Shown: positions 59,669 to 64,000 of the stretch, piece after piece
How positions within the stretch are numbered: the stretch's first letter is position 1
Layout: each line of letters opens with the position of its first letter
DNA from: the human T2T-CHM13v2.0 reference genome, Homo sapiens
DNA: 64,000 nucleotides
Reading direction: 5' to 3' (one strand)
NCBI RefSeq assembly: GCF_009914755.1
Contig: NC_060931.1
Position numbers and translations under genes: made by a program
The notes under the pieces: model-generated
What the model saw: the letters and a program-made list of their open reading frames with translations, nothing else
Told to the model about the DNA's origin: nothing
Database searches by the model: none

Positions 59669-62600
59669 GTTAAGCAAATTTTGAAGAAAAAAAAAGAAAA
59701 AGAAAATTTCAGGGTACAAAATTCTAGGTTGGTGGGTTTTTTTGCTCAACGCTTTAAATATTTCACTCTACTTTTTTCTTGCTTGCATGGTTTCTGAGAA
59801 GTTCGATGTAATACCTACCTTTGCTCCTCTATAGGTAAAGTGTTTATTTCCTCTGGCTTTTTTTTTTCAGGATTTTCTTTATCTTTGATTTTGTGTAGTT
59901 TGAAAATGGTATGTCTAGATGTTGTCTTTTTGGCATTTATCCTGCCTGGTGTTCTCTGAGCCTCCTACATTTGTGGTTTCATGTATGACATTAATTTGGA
60001 GAATTTTTCAGTCAGTATTACTTCAAATATTTCTTCTGTTCCTGTCTCTCTTTCTTATCCTGCTGCTAATTCCTATTATGTATATATTATTGCTTTTACA
60101 GTTGCCCTACAGCCCTTGGCTATTCTATTCTGGCTTTTTCAGTCTGTGTTCTCTTGCCTTTTCAGTTTTGAAGGTTGTTATCGATACATCCCCAAGTTCA
60201 GAGAGTCTTTCCTCAACTCTGTGCAATCATGCTACTAATAAGCCCATCAAAGGCATTCTTCATTTCTGTTACATGATTTTGATCTCTAGAATTTCTTCTT
60301 GGTGCTTTCTTAGAATTTCTTCTCCTTACATTGCCCATCTGTTTTTGCCTGCTGTCTACTTTATCCATTAGAACCCTAGCATATTAATCACAGTTATTTT
60401 AAATTCCTGGTTAGAAAATTTCAACATCCCTGCCACATATGGTTCTCATGCTTGCTCTGTCTCACAAAAAGTCTGTGTTTTTTGTCCTTTAGTATGTCTT
60501 GTATTTTTTCCTTTTAGTTGTACATGATGTACCAGATAAAAGGAACTGCTATAAATAGGTCTTTAGTAATGTGGAGGCACGGTGGGGCAGGGGGGAATAC
60601 CTATAGTTCTGTGATTGCGTCTCAGTCTTTAGTGAGCTTGTGCCTCTGAACTGTGAAAATCACAAGTGTTTTTCAATTTTTCTCTAACCTCTTAGGTGAA
60701 ACAGAAAGAATACAATGTGTTGACGTTGGGTATTTTTCTTTCCCCAGATCAGTTAGGATCTGATAATATACCAGCAGATTAGCCCTGGTTAACTAGTTTC
60801 TCCTGAGGGTAGGCCTTGGAAAAAAAAAAAAAAAAGAAACAAACTAAGAAAGGAAGGAAAAGAAAAGAAAAAAGAAACGAAAAGGAAAAAGACAACAGAG
60901 TGCTCTGGTGTGTTTCAAAATAGATCCTCTTCTTGCTTAAAGCATGAGGGGATGTTTCTCCAATATTTTCCTATGAGAACCTGATTGATCTCCTGGTTGA
61001 GATAAAACTCACAAAATTGTAGGGGCTCCTCTGTGGCTGGGTCCAGCGCAGTTTTTAATTCTCAGACTTTTCCACGCTAAGCCTCCAGCAATTTGTCAAT
61101 TCCAATTCAGATATTCCTACCACAGCACTGGTTCCTGCTGGTTTCCACTCATGAGGATCTGCAACCGGAAGCCATGACTCCCTATACTGGCCTGTCTGTC
61201 TCTCCAATCTTGTAGGCAGTAGTTTGCCCTGTGTAGTTACCTCTCTTACAGATCCAAGAGGAGTGTTGATTTCTCAATCTGTTCAGCTTTTTACTGTTGT
61301 TAGGACAGGGTGGGAACTTAAGCTCCTTGCATGCATTGGTGGAAACCAGAAGTCTGTTTTATTAAATTTGGATAATTTATATAACATATTTTTTTCAAAA
61401 ATCATGTATTATATTGCAATTTAAATTTATGAGCATAAGAGTATACATATAGTTATTTGTTTTTAATTTTCTCCATCACTTCAAATTCTTCACTTTTAGT
61501 TAAAAGTGCTCTTGTGTTTTCCTTGTGTGTTTAATGCAAGAAAAAGTTTTGAGCCAGGTCACATTGAAGCTCTGTAATATTGTTTTGAATTGATGTATAT
61601 GATTTCTCTTTCAGAACAGTATTGTAAGGGAAGTTAAGATTACAGACCATCTGTCTCAGATTGATCTTACTTGTGCCACTTCCAGTCTTTGTGACCATGG
61701 GTGGTCATTAACTCTCCAAGAGTCCCCTTTCCTCCTCTCAGATAGATATCATAAAATTTACCAGATAGTGTTGCAGTAAGGGTGAACACTGATATATAAA
61801 ATAACAGCTATAAAATTATAAAATAATAAGTGCATGCAGGCAATTAGTATAGTCTCTGCCTTCTAGGAGGTACTTCTAAATGTTACTTTTTGGCTACTTT
61901 AGAATATAATAAAGGACTATATTATAATGATATTCTTTATATTTTCAAATTTATTAATAAAACATTTTCATTTATATTTTCAGTGGATTTGTCTTGAATA
62001 TTATATAATATGTAATTATTAATGTTAATTACTAAGGAAGTTTTTTGATAAAGTAATCTCTCAAAAAGAAAACAAGCCAAAGTAAAGAAATTCATCATGT
62101 TCACTTTATTAAGTGGATATTCATTTTCTTATGTGTCCTCTCTGTTCATATTTGACCATTATGCTCTCATTATCTTGACACATCCCATATTTAATCTCCA
62201 TTTTTCCATGCTTTCTCCTCTCTTGTGATTGCCCATAGATCCATGATTTATCAGGTCACATGCATAAGAATTTTCAATATTTAAACACCAAAACAATTTG
62301 GAAATTTTAGGCTTGATGATAAGTGATTAAAATGTTTAAATACTTTCATTAAGCAAGGGGGTTCAGCTATATTAAAGAGGCCTAAAAACACTTGATCCTA
62401 ATATTCTGTTTTTCAATCTAGGTCTTGCCCTGTGACCTAATTGGCTAGAAATTGAAACTGACCAGAAACATGTCATGTGCATTTGGGCAACTGTTTGCAG
62501 GAGCAGAAGTTAATCTTAAGCAAGTGTGCTACCCACAACTGCCAAAACTTGTCCTTAAAAGAATGTTTTTCCATTTACTAAGTTATATTCAGTATACGGA

Positions 62601-63673
62601 TTTGTCCATCACATAAAATCCTCTTTCTTCTTTTAGGTGAATGAATGAAAAAAATAATATTTAGACCAAAACATTGTTAAGTAGCTATGCAAACACATCT
62701 CTTAATTCTCCATCAATTAATGTTAAACCAATGCTCTTACCTTGAATATCTGCTTTATATCTTTTTCTTTTTCTCTATAACATCATTCAACCTGTAGTCA
62801 GTGGTTTTTCTTATTTATTTATTTATTCATTAATTTATTTATACCTATGTTTTAGGTTCCTACTATATGCCAGAGATTTTTTTTTCAGGTGCTGGAACTA
62901 CAACAGTGAACATAACAAACAAAAAAATCTCTATAGATTATGTAGAATGTTTATTCTAGTGGGGAAAATAGATGGTAAATAAAGTGTGACAAGAATGGAA
63001 GAGCAAAGCGTGCAAGGAGAATGGATAGTTGTGGAGCACAAACCGTAAACTTTTTACTGAAGTGTAGCATACACACAGAAAAGTGCACCAATTATAAGTG
63101 TGCAGCTCAATGAATTTTCACAATGTGAGCACACTTAGGTAACCATCATCAGGATTAAGAAGCAGAACATCAGGAGAGTTTCAGTAGCCCTTCATGTCCC
63201 ATTCCAGGCATTTCCTCCTCACAACACACCTCCCCACCCCTAGCTGCTGCTGAGGGTAACACTATCCTGTTTTCACTCCAGAGCCCTGCCACACTGGCAA
63301 GAACTGTATGGTATGACTTCTGGTAGGATGAGAGCATTCTATTTGAGACCCAAGAGGAGACCAGATTTCCTCATTTCATGACTGCTATGGTGCTTTTCTC
63401 ATTATATAACAACACGAAAATCCCCATCATCCAGCCTCTTAAGCTCTTGAGACTTAACCATTTCATAGCCACTATAAAGACACAGTTTTAACTAACTGCC
63501 AAAGTATATCATGTAATCACAAAAGGATCCAATGAAGTAGGGACTATTTATAATTATTCCACATCTAGAGTTGATGAAAGTGAGGATAAGTTATTTAGCA
63601 AAAGTCCACGATTAATAAATGGCTGAGTCAGGATTATAACCCACATAAGTCTGATTCTAAAGCATAAATTCTT

Positions 63674-63807
63674 TTCTTTTTCTTTTTAATTATATTTTAA
63701 GTTCCGGGATACATGTGCAAGACATGCAGGTTTGTTACACAGGTAAACGTGTGCCATGGTAGTTTGCTGCACCTATCAATCCATCACTTAGGTATTAAGC
63801 CCCACAT
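63674..63807 (-). mobile_element. Very short 5'-truncated L1PA8-10-like 3' end inside a MIR
   Basis: AGGTAAACGTGTGCCATGG...TAGGTATTAAGCCCC; perfect 16-bp TSD TAAAGCATAAATTCTT at 63658-63673 and 63808-63823. Confidence 0.88.
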
Positions 63808-64000
63808 TAAAGCATAAATTCTTAATGACAAGTCTATTCTCCCATTCTGCACCAGATTTCAATAACTGTAATATTATTGAAACACTCTCTTCTATTCTGC
63901 CTCAAATGTTTCACATTCAGCAATTCATTGTGAAAATTGCATTCATCATTTGGTACTTTTGGAAGTTAAATGTAGAAGAAAAGATAAAGAGGAAGCCTGT

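Noticed and set aside
59919-60371. 150-aa hydrophobic ORF
   Set aside because: Antisense strand of an old L1M; T-rich artefact.

Overview
AT-rich, repeat-dense hominoid primate (human-like) genomic DNA, either intergenic or deep intronic. I recognise no cellular protein-coding gene, RNA gene or CpG-island promoter. About half of the window is transposon-derived: old L1M/L1PB/L1MA elements, MIR/L2, MaLR and ERVL LTRs (THE1, MLT1, MLT2), MER21, hAT and Tigger DNA transposons, and six Alus, often nested with intact target-site duplications (TSDs). The main structure lies at 49-60 kb: a twin-primed (5'-inverted) L1PA3-like element inside a THE1 LTR, next to a full-length L1PA2/3-like element with intact ORF1 and ORF0 but a dead ORF2. 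The two L1s form a ~2.2 kb inverted repeat plus a ~1.1 kb direct repeat. They differ at subfamily-diagnostic sites yet share a series of apparently private mutations, including a stop and a frameshift, which suggests repeated local gene conversion. Other notable points are two L1 3' transductions, a strong extended CTCF site at 20.2 kb, a refolded MER53 hairpin, and several candidate regulatory or splice signals. Subfamily names and consensus comparisons come from my recall of consensus sequences and need RepeatMasker/Dfam confirmation.
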